The translations under genes were made by a program, and so were the position numbers. Positions 37,401 through 51,922 of a DNA stretch of 64,000 nt are shown here, piece after piece. Origin of the DNA: Torpedo marmorata (taxonomy: Eukaryota); the NCBI GenBank assembly GCA_977017645.1, contig OZ360239.1, positions 34,782,001-34,846,000 on the forward strand, written 5' to 3'. Each line of letters starts with the position of its first letter. Positions within the stretch are counted from its first letter, which is position 1. The notes under the pieces were generated by a model. The model saw nothing but the letters and a program-made list of their open reading frames with translations, was not told where the DNA came from and ran no database searches.

Positions 37401-40400
37401 TTGTTATCGTCAACTCGCATATATTGCGTTAATAATCTATTAGAATTTTGTACTCTTTCTACGTCAGTCTTGAACGCTGATAGCTGGCTTGGTTTGGAGT
37501 TTCAAAATTTACTCAAAAGTGATGTAAAGTTTTAAATTTCATCCCAAATTTAGGATATGGAGAACCCTCCAATACAAAAATATATTAGGTTCTGGTCTGA
37601 TTTTTTTTAAAGCCATCGTAGCAATGCATGAACTTGTTTTGATGTTTCGATATTATTCTGAGTACTCCGTTGAAATATTTTTCGACCCCATTGTACGCAA
37701 TGACAGAAATTGTAGATTTATTTTTCGGTTGCTGCAGTCAGCAACTAGCTGTTCAGGTACAACGTGTTCACTAAAATTAACAGAGAAGTTAAGTGTTTAC
37801 CATTTGCAAACTTTAACTCTAAAAACTATTAACCTTTCCCCAACCCGCGATTCTGCCAACCAAAGTGTTACTTCCGAATCATAGTAGATTGAATAGGCCG
37901 AACGAGGAGAGTGCGCTGACACAACTAAACAAAACAGTAAAGAAAAATGAACTTCCTGGGTACGGTTTCAAACTCTCACTGCGGCAGGCAAAAGGTTAAT
38001 TGCCATTGGCTTCGGTTTCTGTGTCTGTTCAGTGACGCGGCATCATCTCTTTAAAGGGAATCTTTCTTAAAAAAAAGAGGGATAAAGAATCATTCCCTAA
38101 AACGATATAAGTCTTCAACATTCAGTGACAACACCTAAAGTATCAAGCAGCTCGTTTATCTCTTGTTGCAAGACTTCATATTACAAAGGAGCTCCCCGAT
38201 GATAAGTATCTGCCGTCAGAGAGATTGACTGCCCTGATGGACATGTTCGCGGTTTCTGATGTCTTCTCCTCAGGGGTTGTTTTATGACCTCGAAATGTGT
38301 ACCTCTCTGATCTGTCTTCTTATAACCTAAAGGGGAATAATTAGCAAAAAGAAAATCAGTTTGTAACACAGGAGAGGTAGAACTTGATCTCCAAGCGACA
38401 TTATAGTGACAATGCATTCCTTTAGTGAAAGTCATGTAATTAATAAGATAGTGGCTGTTTGAGAAAAAAAATACATCGTCCAATTTGGACAAGTAACAGT
38501 ATTTTTAGGTGTTCATTGCTACACTCGAAGTAATCAAATCAAAGCCTTCCAATTATGCATTTTAACGTAGTTGTTTCATTTATTGTGCTTCTATAGAATT
38601 TGTGCAACATTTAAAAATTATATGGGTTGACTCAAGATTTTACATCCGAAATTAAATTAAAGTTCTCACAAAACAAACGTAACTTGTATTTTTTTTTAAA
38701 CAGGATAATGGTAACTGCAAGATTGTGGCGTACGTTAAACTGGACGTCCGAATCCACGTTTTCGAAGATAATGATTCAGAAGTGATTTGAGAATTTTGCA
38801 TTGGGTGTCTACGAATATAAATCGTTGGGGTGAGGTGGGGCTAAACCGCATATAATCATGTTTACAACTGAACCATTAAAATGAGTCAATGAGTATCGGT
38901 GACTTAAAACAAAAGTAGCAAGCTCTTGCAAATGGCCACTTTGCAGCCTTTGCTTCATCAATAAATAGTCACTAAAAATAGCTTGACAAGTTATATAAAG
39001 TATTACAAAACTTTAAACAATACACCCGTTTAGGCTCAAGGAGTGAAACCAGTTGAAAGCATAAATATACGTTAATTCGAATCTAAAATAATCTATACGT
39101 CTGAGAAAATAACACTTTCAGAGCTACTTAAATCTAAACTCCAGGGTAGATTTTACCGCTAATTTGTCACAAATGACGTCTCCAAAATAATCTGTTTCAT
39201 AGCATTCATCAAATCTCAGATCACTCCCTTCGGTATTGTCCGAGATTCTACAGAATTAAAACAATTGTTCATTCCAATCATTCTCAGCACCAATATGTTA
39301 ATGCTGATAAAAACATATTTTCTTCTTAACATAACAATAATCTATTCGCCCAAAACATAGATTATGAAGAAGTTACCAAATTTAAGTAATAACTAAACTA
39401 TACCCAAACCAATCCATGTGTGTCTATGCAAATTGAGATTAATATTTTGAAGTTAGTTATTTTATCTATTTCTATCACGAACGTAAATAAACGATGAAAT
39501 TCTTTGCTTTCAAACAGTTCTTTCTGGCTTGCAGCTTTGGATAAATAAGGGGGAGAGAACGACAATATTTCAGATTTGAAACTTTTTGGATAATCTTTTT
39601 ATCGGTAAATTCGTTGTCTTTTACTTTAAAGTGTAAACAATTCAAAATGAACTGAATTCATTTTTTTTTGCATTTTGTCCATTAATGCATATTGCATATT
39701 TATCTATTCATTCAGCGACTGACTTTAAATAACTGACTGAAGCCTGGTGTTCTTTCTTCTCCCTACATGTAATCTCACGAACAACGGAACCCATCCTCTT
39801 TCAGTTCGGCAGGCAAATTTGTGCAACTGTAGAACAAAAGAGCGTTATAGTGTTACAGTAATGGAACTCGAACTTTAGAAGCACGTCCACTCCCTTTTAA
39901 AATGAGTATAAATACGACATTGTCCTTCTGTGCGTGTAGGTGATTCTCTTTATGAAAGACAAATTAATTACAGATGCAAATCATGAATTATTCCGGAACA
40001 TGTAGGGAAGTGAATTGTAGTTGTAATGATCGTTGCAGTGGCTACCTTTTACTGCCCTGTGCATCGTTAACTTGTATTTTTATATCTAAAGTTATGCACC
40101 TATGACTCATTTCCCCCAATAGATTTGAATAAATGTTATTTTTCTCTCGGATGTCATAGCGCGTGGTATTGTTTAATTTGAGTCGATTAGAATGGACAAT
40201 AATGAATTTGTAATACGTGCTGAAAGATATTACGTAGCCCGTTATTGATATATGGACACCAGTAATCATCTTGTTAAACGAGTCAACTTTAGATACCTGG
40301 CTCATGAGGCTGGTCGCTAACACTAAGGTAGACGAAGGTGTGAGTGTTGTCATTGAATTGAATGAAACGGAAGATAACAATGGATAAACAGCGAAGGTCA

Positions 40401-41809
40401 GAGGTAAAAATAATGTACAGGGAAATAAAGGTGGGTGGTTCAATTTCCACGCACCCTCATCCAATTGTGTTGACAGTTCTTAGTGGCATAAATTATCTGC
40501 ATTATAGATAAGAGCAGGACTGTTGCAATCTTTGCCTATTATATTTTGAAGGACCAAACAGCCAATTTGACGACTTCAGTCTGATTAAATAACTAAACAA
40601 TGCACATGGTGTACTGTGTTCAGTTGCAACGTAATGAAGCACACTAACAGAGTGAAAATAAAGGTAAACTAACTAGAAGCCTTAACTAAATCTTCCTAAA
40701 GCAAATTTGCTCAAAGTTCCATTAAGCATCTGGTGAGACTTTTACTAAAATGGGCGGCGAGTCCATGGAATAAACGGTTTGTTTTGAGATTGCTGCAGTA
40801 TAAAGTAAGGGAGGGGAGAGGAAGAAAAATGTCAGTCCTTCAACTCTCATTTGCCGAAGTGATATAAAAGTGCATAAGTACACCCAAAGTGTTGGTGTAA
40901 CATTTAAAGGGTTTTGGTTTGCAGTCTAATTTTCTCCTCTTCCTGAATCGTGGTTCTTCTAAATTAACTCTAACATTTGCAAGTGTTTACGTTGCAATTC
41001 TTCTATTATTGAGGACGGTATATAAAACCACATTTCAATATATTAGGTATGTTTATGTTTTCTATCATAAATCGTAAGTGCTCCAGAGCTTCACGACTTT
41101 CGGGGAGGGGGGGTGGTGGTGTAGAGGAGGATGGAATGGGGTGATGACGGTTAAATCCATCAGGCAATAAGTGAAAATGGTTCGTCGCTATTAAACGAAC
41201 TCATGAGAAATACAATACAACATTAAAATGACTTATGCGAAATCCTGCTTGAATCGGAGGTCACAGCATATCCGTTCTACTTATAAATCTTCATATACAA
41301 ATTGGGCTTGCTTCCATAATAAAATTATTGCTATTTCTTGCAGTGCTACACTTCATAAAATCGCGATTTAATGTGCAATATATCCCTGGCATATAATACT
41401 TTATCATGAAAACCTCACAAATTGAACGGCTCTGTTTAAAATCGCATGGCACATTGCAGACATCTCTTTCTGCATCTGGCTGTTTCATACGCGGGTAAGC
41501 TTTATTTTCTGTGTTGCACCTACCAGCCAAGGTAGAAATGTGACTTTTTTTAAAAAAAAAAGCAAAGTCTGTAAAACAACAATTTTTTTTTAGAAACAAG
41601 GCTGTTTTCACACTGTAAAACGTGTTGCCTCAATAGGCAACCAGTGTTGAGGCGGTCGAAATGACAGAGGAGCAAAAGCCTCTGCGCTTTAAGCAAATTT
41701 CCCCCACAGATGGAAATGAAATAGCGCTTTGTGCCAATGGTCAGGAGTAAGTCATTTGCCTACTGGTCGTCTAGTGGTGGTTTGCAGGACGAGTTTCTTT
41801 TGTGGTATT

Positions 41810-41900
41810 AGTCTCGTCCTCATTTGCTGCCTAATTGGACTATATAAAGCCAATAACAGGCGAGCTCTTATAGCCTTAAGCGAAGCGCAAAGTATAGGGA
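41810..41900 (+). promoter_or_regulatory. HMX3: Candidate HMX3 core promoter / conserved upstream element
   Basis: TATATAAAG at ~41841 flanked by ATTGG and CCAAT motifs, about 360 bp upstream of the ATG. The start site cannot be determined from sequence. Confidence 0.45.
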
Positions 41901-42202
41901 GGTGGACTCATTATATGCCATCTTTTTTTTTCCCTTCGGTAATCCCATTTGCCATTGTGCGCGCCCAATCGCGTATACTTTCTGCATTTAACTTATATGA
42001 CATTTTTATTTCATCATTATCATCCGCCGCCAAATTGACGCTGAATGCCTCCTACTCTGTTCCAAATTGCCGTGGATTTCCACTGTACCCATATGCAAAA
42101 GTTTGGGGCGTTTTTCTGAACTCGCGGGATTCTGATCAACACTACTGTTTTCCTACCAGCCTCTGCGAGGTTCGTCCTGTTTATGATCGGAGCCAGACCA
42201 CC

Positions 42203-42497
42203 ATGCCCGAGACAGCAGCGCAGGAGAATCCCACTTCTCCCAAAGAATCCTCCTTCTCCATCAAAAATCTGCTGAACTGTGATCGAAAGCCTTCGAAGCC
42301 CAAGACTTTGCTCTCGGCGGTGAAGGGGGTGGTCGAAGGTGCCGCTTTTTCCTTGCCTCACTGCAGAGACCCTGGTTTCCCCAGGTTTGAAATCCCGGCG
42401 CAGAGGTTTGCGCTCCCGGCGCACTATCTGGAAAGGTCGCCCGCCTGGTGGTATCCCTGCACGCTGTCACCGGGAATCCACCTGCCAAGGACAGAAG
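42203..42497 (+). CDS. HMX3: HMX3 (NKX5-1) coding exon 1
   Basis: ACCATG start at 42203; [25 protein letters not shown] contains an eh1-type FSIKNLL motif; [25 protein letters not shown] matches the HMX3 N-terminal block; phase-1 donor GAAG|gtaagg after 42497. Confidence 0.95.
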
Positions 42498-42545
42498 GTA
42501 AGGGATCTTTAAACACGTTTTTCTTTCTTATGCACAGTGGTCTAA

Positions 42546-43205
<660 letters not shown>

Positions 43206-43955
43206 ATTTATTTTAATATTAATCTTGCATTACTTTTTATTGTAAGACGAGACCGTGTCGTTTTGAAGTAACGAGCCACAAGACCAGCTGTAAATTTCCA
43301 GGTTGCCCATATCCTCTTGCTTCATTACCTCAGTCTTGGTTTAACGTTTTATTTGACTTTATGTTTTAATTTTGTGAGATCAACCCGTGTAGTTTTGAGG
43401 AATTATTCCTGGAGGAGGATCTGCTGTAAATGTTTTTTTTAAATTTTGTTGTAAGTACTGAAAGGAGTCGTGAAAATGTTGTTCCTTATTATGGTTTCAC
43501 GTACCTGTGCAATATTGTACTATAGAAGTTAAAGCACTGCTTAGAGGAAAATCATTGCAAGTTGCATTGGCCAAAGCTGAGAAGCATGTGAGGAATAGCA
43601 CTGGGAACATTACCCAGGTTCTGATGGCAAGGCGCTTTAACTGAAGGACAATCAGAAAAAAAGGGTCTTTTTCTTTATTTATTTAACAAATGTACCCTTT
43701 ATGTGGTGACGACGTATTTTAATTTACTTGGATTGTAAATTTATTGACAGAGGTCGTAAGATTTAGGTTCAAATATCTTTCCCAGGCAATATTTTGTGTA
43801 TATTATTTTGGATTGTTTCCCCAGATGTAAGATAGTTATTTGCTGCGAAAATAATGGATGTTCTGTATGTTTTAGCAAAAAAAAAGAAATAAAATATTGG
43901 CGTTTTTTTGATATTGTAATGCCGGATTTTGTTGAACAGATTTGTTGTGAACTAA

Positions 43956-44042
43956 AATAAAATGTGAGCATTCCTTGTTATTCAGTTGTGTAGTTTCATA
44001 CAACCACTGGCTCAAGAATGAAACTAATGTTTTGTAAATAAA
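43956..44042 (+). terminator. HMX3: Candidate HMX3 polyadenylation signals
   Basis: AATAAA at 43956 followed by GT-rich sequence, and a second AATAAA at 44037, after an AT-rich 3' UTR. Confidence 0.45.
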
Positions 44043-44841
44043 GTATACAAGTTCTATTTATGGCTAAAAAAAACCCCACATACATTCTCAAATGTTGAAT
44101 CGCGATGAATTGATAGGCCTAATATATCATGGCGCCCATACTTAAAGACATAATTTAAAGGGAAACCATCCAGACTGGTATTTTATACAATGCATTTGTT
44201 CTCTTATCTGGAGAAATACATCTTGCAGACGAAATACTATCTCAACTTTTGAATAATTATTCCTAGTCTTTCATATTGATCATTAATTATTACCCGACAT
44301 ATATTGTGCTATATTTTACGTTCGCCGCTGATTGTAGTCTTTTTGTTTTGCAACAAAATCCCATTTAAAATGTAACCTTCACAATATTGAAATCTAATTA
44401 AATTCCCTGCAATTAGAATATTTATTTTAAAACGGGGAACGCTGAAGGGGAGGGGTGGGAGATAGGCAAGGGTGCTGTTCGTGGTGGTATTGATTTATTA
44501 GCCAAGGGCTTGCGGAACTGAAACTGTAAGTGGTTGTTAGAAGAATCACCTGTGGATAAATGTCTGTCGCAATAGTTGGAGCAGCGAGTGTCTGCACTTC
44601 ACTGCTAAGTGCCTGTACACACAAAGGATAAGAATATATTTAATTATGCATCAAATAATTCTCTTTATGTTAAATGACAGTCATTGCTATTGAAAGCGGA
44701 GCTCCAAAATAAGAGGACAGTTTCTAATCTAACAATAGTGCGAAATTTCAATGGCAGATTCGAAACAATGTCAGATTGCATTGCTGATTCAAGCACGGGC
44801 CGCCCGTGTTTAATAACCCCTTGATTGGACAGATAAATGCC

Positions 44842-46183
44842 GGTGTTTACACACTGAAAATATATTTTAACTATTCCAATTTTTGCAGAAGGTCACAGAT
44901 TAAAGTCCTTTACAGACGAACAACTCAAAATAATTTCATTTGTATTTTTATGGTTGATGTAAAAAAAACAGTAGCGGCTATTCTGATTTCCAGATAGCGC
45001 TGCTGTTAGTTTTATCGCCTGAAATCCTCTGTCAGATGATTCGCAAGTGAAAAGTCGCTAAATATATGTTTCTGTGCTTTGATTTGCTTTAATTTGTTAT
45101 GCGCCGTGGCTGAAAATAAACACAACGCTAAAACCAAAATATGTTCCCCTTTGTATAAAGAGGCAACAAAATCGTACCTTGCATTGTTGGTGATACTAAC
45201 TTTGTGATATTGTCAATATGAACTTTCATGCCGTTTATATAGTAAACATGAACTCGTTTTATCAACAAAAACAGCAAAAATCCAAAAGTATTTTCATTCT
45301 ATATTGAATATCATGAAAGGACTGTCCATCTTAATCTGTTCCCTGCCAAATGCTGATCAGACCAATATAAACAAAATTATATAATATTTGGGTAGTATTT
45401 CAAATTTCATAGTTGCAAAACGTTTTCTAACTAAACTGCACAAAAAGGCGGAGTATCGATTACAAATTGAACTTTACTAATACAATCATTGTTCCACATC
45501 TGATGCTTCATTCATCCAAAAAACTCGACAATACTTCAATATCAGTTTAATTTTGCCCTGTTGATGCAGATTTCGAATCTGTTGGCTACCTGAGATTCCC
45601 CTTTCCAATTATGCTCACCCTATCTTCACCTTCTATCACCCCCTTCGTCCGGACAATATTTGAAAAATAAACTTGTAGCCATTACAATAATGTTTAAAAT
45701 TACAATGAGCTTGTTAAGACACACAGCACGGTGATATGATAAGATTTAATCACGCTTTTGTATATAGGGGCCACTTCACATATGCTTAAACCGCCCAAGC
45801 CAATTTGAAAAAAAAAACATTGCAGCAATGTCCTGCTCTTAAAGTATATTTTGAGTAATTTTATGCGCTTCGCTGTGTTCCTTTCACATGTGCACATTTT
45901 GATTTTCATAAGAATCCGACTTTTCACATTTCTACACCATTGAAGTGTCATTTATTTTTACCTGTCTGTTATTACTCGCAGCTGTATAATGGTTTCTAAC
46001 CCAACCAAAACAGAAAAATCAGTAGGCTGATTATTTTTCCCTGTTATTCATTCATAGACTACATTATTTTCTCTTTTCACAGTGATCGGTTCCGTTAAGT
46101 TGTTCGTCTGTAAAGAACTTTAATCTGTAACCGTCTGCAAAAAAATTAGAATAGTTAAAATATACGTTCAGTGTGTAAACACC
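44842..46183. repeat. Imperfect ~85-bp inverted repeat (44842-44925 / 46098-46183)
   Basis: ggtgtttacacactgaa...tttacagacgaacaact versus agttgttcgtctgtaaag...ttcagtgtgtaaacacc; also visible in the ORF track as GVYTLKIYFNYSNF (+) and GVYTLNVYFNYSNF (-). Confidence 0.88.
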
Positions 46184-47773
46184 AATTGTACTTCCCACCC
46201 ATAAAAGTAATTTTGCTGACTCGGTAGCTAAATTATCGGCCCGGTACAACGATCGAGGGAAAACAGTATTTTGATGTGATTTTGAAAAGCGACTTTAGAA
46301 TCCTGCTCAGAACGAAGTGATTCCTATTTAGAACATTGCGTTTAGAAAGCATTAAACTTTTACCGCACCTTCCATTCAAAGTGAAGACCTTTTCACTGCT
46401 ATTTCAAAATTTATGTTATTTTGCCAAACATTTTGTAACAGTAAATTAAAAAAAAAACAGATGGGAGGTGGCCGTTATTCATTGTTTTATGTAAAGTAGT
46501 TGAACAATTATACCATTATATTGCAAAAGCATGTCAAATGTAGGTTTATATCAAACAACATCCAGCTTTAAAGGCCACGCTGATGTGTACTTGGGACAAA
46601 GAAACCATTGTCACACAGTGGCGTCTCAGAAATGAGAGATCACTAACAGTGCAAGGACTAAAGATAAATATGAACAGTCCCTGCTTAACACTTAAGCGCT
46701 CCAGTTTCCAAATCTCTGCTTTTATTTGATATATTGTGAACACTGCTCATTTCTGTAAATATGGCTGCTGCCGTGTTTTTACCCTACACACACATGTACT
46801 TCTTTTATTTGGGTCAAAACACGGGGAACTTTTGTATAGCAAACACTCCAATCATTCCAAACAGATATAACCTTTCCATCCCTGCCAAGAATGGTCTTCA
46901 GCACCACCATACAGATCAGTGTGGATGAGCTCAGCACGGCTCCAGCCGCCTGCGGGTATTTTACAGTTTAACAACTGCACTAATTTGCGTCAACTCCCAA
47001 TAACCTGTCTTTAACTCTGGCACTGATCTGTTCCATTCTTCTAAAGATACCTAGCAACTTTCCGAAAGGAATCTACACTTAGCAGGTCAGTATGATGCGT
47101 TTGAAAACTTATTTTTCCACAAGAGAAAAAAAATATTTAATAAAGCGGGCGACCGAAAACGTATCTTCGACAACACTCGCGTTCCTTTATTGACTAGAGC
47201 GATGCAAACGCAACGAGGGGCCATTAAAGAGCATTAATAGATTGACATAGCATTATGCTTTAGTTCGTATTGATCGCAAAATGTCTGCAAAATATTGTTT
47301 CAATGAGATGCATTGTTCATCCTGCGCTCCTGGATTGTTGTGACCTTGATTTGTTTCTATGAAAGGCGCAATTAGGACATCTTTAAACTTCACCCGAAAA
47401 CTCTAAATTTACGGTGAGTCTCAACATACTTGGTGAAAAGAATGCAGCGCAGAGATACTAAATATCTTCATTGGCAGCGTGTACCGTGATCCCTCGTATC
47501 TTGTAAAGACAGCCCTGAAATCAGTTTACTCAGTAATTAACGCTGATTCGCGCTTTGTAACGGGCCCAACGTTTTCGTCAACAGAGCAACTTCATCGCTT
47601 GCACACAATAAACAGCAGATTTGAAGAACGTACTTCTCGATAGGTAACCAGTCCCTCGCTCTACCTGGTGTAAGTGTGAACCCTTGCAGTACATCACTCG
47701 GGTCTATATATTTTTTAGAAATGCAGTTTAAAGAATCCTTTGCACCTCTGAGTCCCATTCGCCTTAGTGATGG

Positions 47774-47912
47774 NNNNNNNNNNNNNNNNNNNNNNNNNNN
47801 NNNNNNNNNNNNNNNNNNNNNNNNNNNNNNNNNNNNNNNNNNNNNNNNNNNNNNNNNNNNNNNNNNNNNNNNNNNNNNNNNNNNNNNNNNNNNNNNNNNN
47901 NNNNNNNNNNNN
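47774..47912. other. Assembly gap (139 N)
   Basis: Run of n characters flanked by G bases on both sides. Confidence 1.
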
Positions 47913-50900
47913 GGGGCGGTCGATTTTCTTAATTCATCCCCGAGGAATTGATGAGTCTATCAGTCCAGTAGATTGGAAACCCATTAACGCTCTATGGTTT
48001 ACGCGTCTTAGGTTGTTAATTGGAACTTGATGGATTGTAGCCCTTTGATGGGCTATGCTGATCTAATCTCGATGACTTCTGTTTTCCAATAAATTACACA
48101 ATTCATTTTCCAGCCACGATTACATAAATTGTACACCTCCAGGCTCCCGTGGAATAGGGAGCCTTTTTGCCGCCCATTGTGAGATGTCATTTGTACCAGA
48201 AACAGCAAGCTTTTGAATGAAAATCGAAACATAATCAACGTTTATACTTAGAAAATTTATTGATATCATTTTCTTTGGTAATTTCCTTATTTTAAAGTTC
48301 GACGCGCCATACATCATAATACACACGTGTAAAGGACTGTGTTCAATATTTATCGAAGCTTGATTCACAGATCAAACTTGTTTATGACTTCATCTGTCAC
48401 TGTAGGTGGAACCTTTGCAATATTATAGGCAGTCAGGAGGCTATTTTCGAGGAGCATAAACCTACTAAAGATCAATTTTCATTAGGGACAATGCGCGCCT
48501 GACATTTTCTATACATTTTTGAGATATGGAGGGAAGGGGGAAGAATGCTTCCATTTTCTGTGTTCTCACAAACTGTGCTTATAAAGCATTAAAGACATGA
48601 TACAGTGGCAGTGATGACAGGCACAGATTTATTTGAGGTGCGTTTTCTCTAACCGGATGACAAAAGAAAATACCAGGTAGCCCCTCAGCTCTACGGGCGT
48701 GATCCTGCACGGATTCGTTTTATAATTTTATAATCTTGAGAGTTCTCTTTGAGCGGATGCGGGCATTTACCAGGCTCTTAAACAGTTAAGCTTCGCAAAA
48801 TATACCTATTTAATACGTCAATGCAGATTTCACGCCTTATCTTTATTGCCTCAGACACAGGGTCCTGCTTGGCTGTCGGCAATATATCAGATCGCTAAAT
48901 GTTTGCTTCTGTGCACATATGCCCAGCGAATCTGGATTTTAGGTGGGTAACTGAAAAAAAACAACTTAATCACCAGGACTGTATAAGTACATCTTTAGTT
49001 TGTCCAACATTATCACAATTCCTACGGGCAATGATCACGATGTCAATATTTGAAACAAATGGATAGCCAGCGTGGTCAGAAGAGATGGAAGTAGATATAT
49101 TTGTCGAAATGTGTTTTGTTTTGCAAATTGCACTATCCGGAAATTCCAAATGGATTACATTAAATTCTGACACCTGACGCGAGTCCCCAACAAGTTGTGC
49201 CACATCCGTGTTTCGTGCCTACATTCGGGACACGTAGAATAACTAGGTCCAGTTTGTAACTTTCTGAAGCCGCTCCTGTTTCTTTGGGTGGCTTAAATAG
49301 CCCCAGCGCCTGACTAAGAGCAGAATGAAGACTGATCATCCAGCTCTCTTTGCAGGGGCGCGCCACGTTAACGAGCTGACACTATGATTAAAGCTGACCA
49401 TTTGTAATGTGTCGCAACCCTGTGAAAGCATGAAAAGGTTAATGTGGTAGAACGGAGCAGGACTCTCACACCTGCCTCCCAGAGCAGGACAAGAGCGCAG
49501 CCCCTGCCAATCAATCAATTAACCGACCCTTTCCACGGAGAGCTTTAGCAGCCAGCAAAATAATCGAGTAAACACAGTCGAACTCCAATAAGATCGATTC
49601 AGCTTTGTCAGGGAAAGCATTTTTAGAGAAAAAGTATCAGTAGAAGTGACATTTAATTTGATACACTTAATGGGGAAGAAGCAATCTTATTAGAGTTATC
49701 TTAAAATAACAACTGTATTTGAATTAATATAAAAAGGACGCGGTCAATCGATCCGTATTTGTGAATTTGTTTTGCAAATGTTTATTTATTTGGGACATTC
49801 AATGAAAAACAGTCACAGAAATCTAAAGTTAATCAGAAAAGAAATTTAAGCGATGTGACTTATCGTGAAATCATGAGTAAAATTGGACTTTGGCTCAAGA
49901 AGTCTGTTGCCTTCCAAGCTCCATTTGAGTAACCAGGTAATTGATGGAAATAATATTGTTAATATTCCAACAACCGAATTATCTTAAAGCGAACCTGACA
50001 CGGGCAATTAAATTACAGCTTGGTGATTGGGGAAGGATTGTACCAAAATTCTCTCCAACTTCCAGCTTCGTTTATTAACCAGCTACTTTAATTACTTGTC
50101 AAAATCGCATGTCTTATTCTTTCTGAATAGCCACATGCTGATGCCTTATTTTTTTTTTCGCTCACCGGCAATACATCATGAAAAACTAGACAGGTGCATC
50201 TTACTTCGATCAACTAGTTAACTGGCTAGTTCCTTAATTAAACCCAGGATTCAATTAGACAGTCATAAATGAATCAATTTCTTACCTCAAATAATCTTGA
50301 AGCGATATTCGAGGTTTCGTCATTGATCGAGGAATTGATTAATTTATTCATTAATTAACCGTCGGTTCAATGAACGCGAAATATATGTTACTCACGCTTG
50401 TTACTGGTTTATAAACAAATTGTAGAGATGTTCCATGTCTCAGCTCACAACTGCATATATGACATAACGTCGCATCTATTGCAAAACATTAATTATATTT
50501 ATGGTGCTGCGACAATAAAGAGACATTGGGCTAAGTATGTCATTGTTTATGGATATTTAACAAAATTGTACATTGCCTACATGAATGCGTTTGCTCCTGT
50601 ACACATGGGACTATGCTGTATTCTTTCAAACATAATTAATTACAGTAGGCATATATAGGCCACAACTCTTGACAAAGCGTTAAATGAACGAAGAGGTGTT
50701 TAAAGTAAGTACTTTTATTTCGACATCCAATCATATTTTCAAAATGTTGTTATGGTTCTTATCTCCCAGAAACTTAATTCAACCCATTTTCTCTTTATCC
50801 CTGATCTCAAAAATATAGGAAACCCCACCTATGGCGCATTGACAATCGATTTAAGGATAAAAAGGAGGAGGGGGGGGGGGGTCATTCGACATACAGTATT

Positions 50901-51819
50901 TCATTTTGCCCATTCCAGTAGGAACGCCCGGTAACGGGATCTGAGCACAAGTTATCACAGCTCGATTGAATACTGATACAGTTTAAAAATACTGACATCA
51001 ATTACGTTTACTAAGTTGTTTATCTTAGTTCCATTCCTGTCATATCAATAATTTGTTGAATGTCTGCAGTGATCTCGTGTTGCATCTCTTTCGCCGTCGC
51101 CATTATGCCTGACGCCAAGAACTGAGCATCCTTATGTGGTCGTTAACACTTGGTACATGACTCATCCAACTGCACTTAACCTTAATTTTTTAGTCGATTT
51201 AAAACTAAAATTAACTTAATCCATTTAGTCTCGTGTGCTAATAAAACTCTGGTGTCAAACTCACAAAACAAGCGCAAGCAACCTTCAATTGTTCAAATCT
51301 CAGCCCCTTCACATCAAGTGACTCTAGTAACTACCGACTCCCATAGCACAGATTGTACACAACCAACTCCCTGCTCAACGTACAGATTTTGCTAAAGTTT
51401 TGCGAATATTATTGCATATATTTATCTCCAAACTTGGTCTTGTTAAATAATAAGGCCAATCTTCTGTTTATAAATACCAATTTGGGTCCAAGTAATTTCC
51501 AGGCTCCACCAGAAGCTAAAACCATCTACAACAACCAGAAATCATCACCATCCGAAATCAATCATGGTTTATTGTTAGTTTAAGCCTAATAGCAAACCAG
51601 CTGAAACCTCTCAATCTTCTCCAGACCAGTGACCAGAGTTAATCGAAAGTACCAGTTAATATACCGTCATTGGTAACCTCAGACAAAGCCAAATTAATTC
51701 AAAACATTAAATGACTTTCTTCGACTGATCAATGCGCAACCAGCTTTCACTATAGCCTTGGAAGACCCATGTAATATTAGTTAAACAGGAAAGTTTGCAG
51801 ACGCTGTGATTATAGTGCA

Positions 51820-51922
51820 ATACACAATGGTGCTGGAGAAACTCAGCAGGTCACGAAGCATCTACAGGAAGCAAGGGGTATCGAATGGCTCAGGCCCGAA
51901 ACGTTGGTTATCCTTTGCCACC
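51820..51922 (+). mobile_element. Small Penelope-like pLTR remnant upstream of HMX2
   Basis: tgctggagaaactcagcaggtc...ggctcaggcccgaaacgttggttatcctttgc. Confidence 0.7.

Noticed and set aside
42020-42424. Antisense ORFs over HMX3 exons
   Set aside because: Shadow frames of GC-rich coding sequence.
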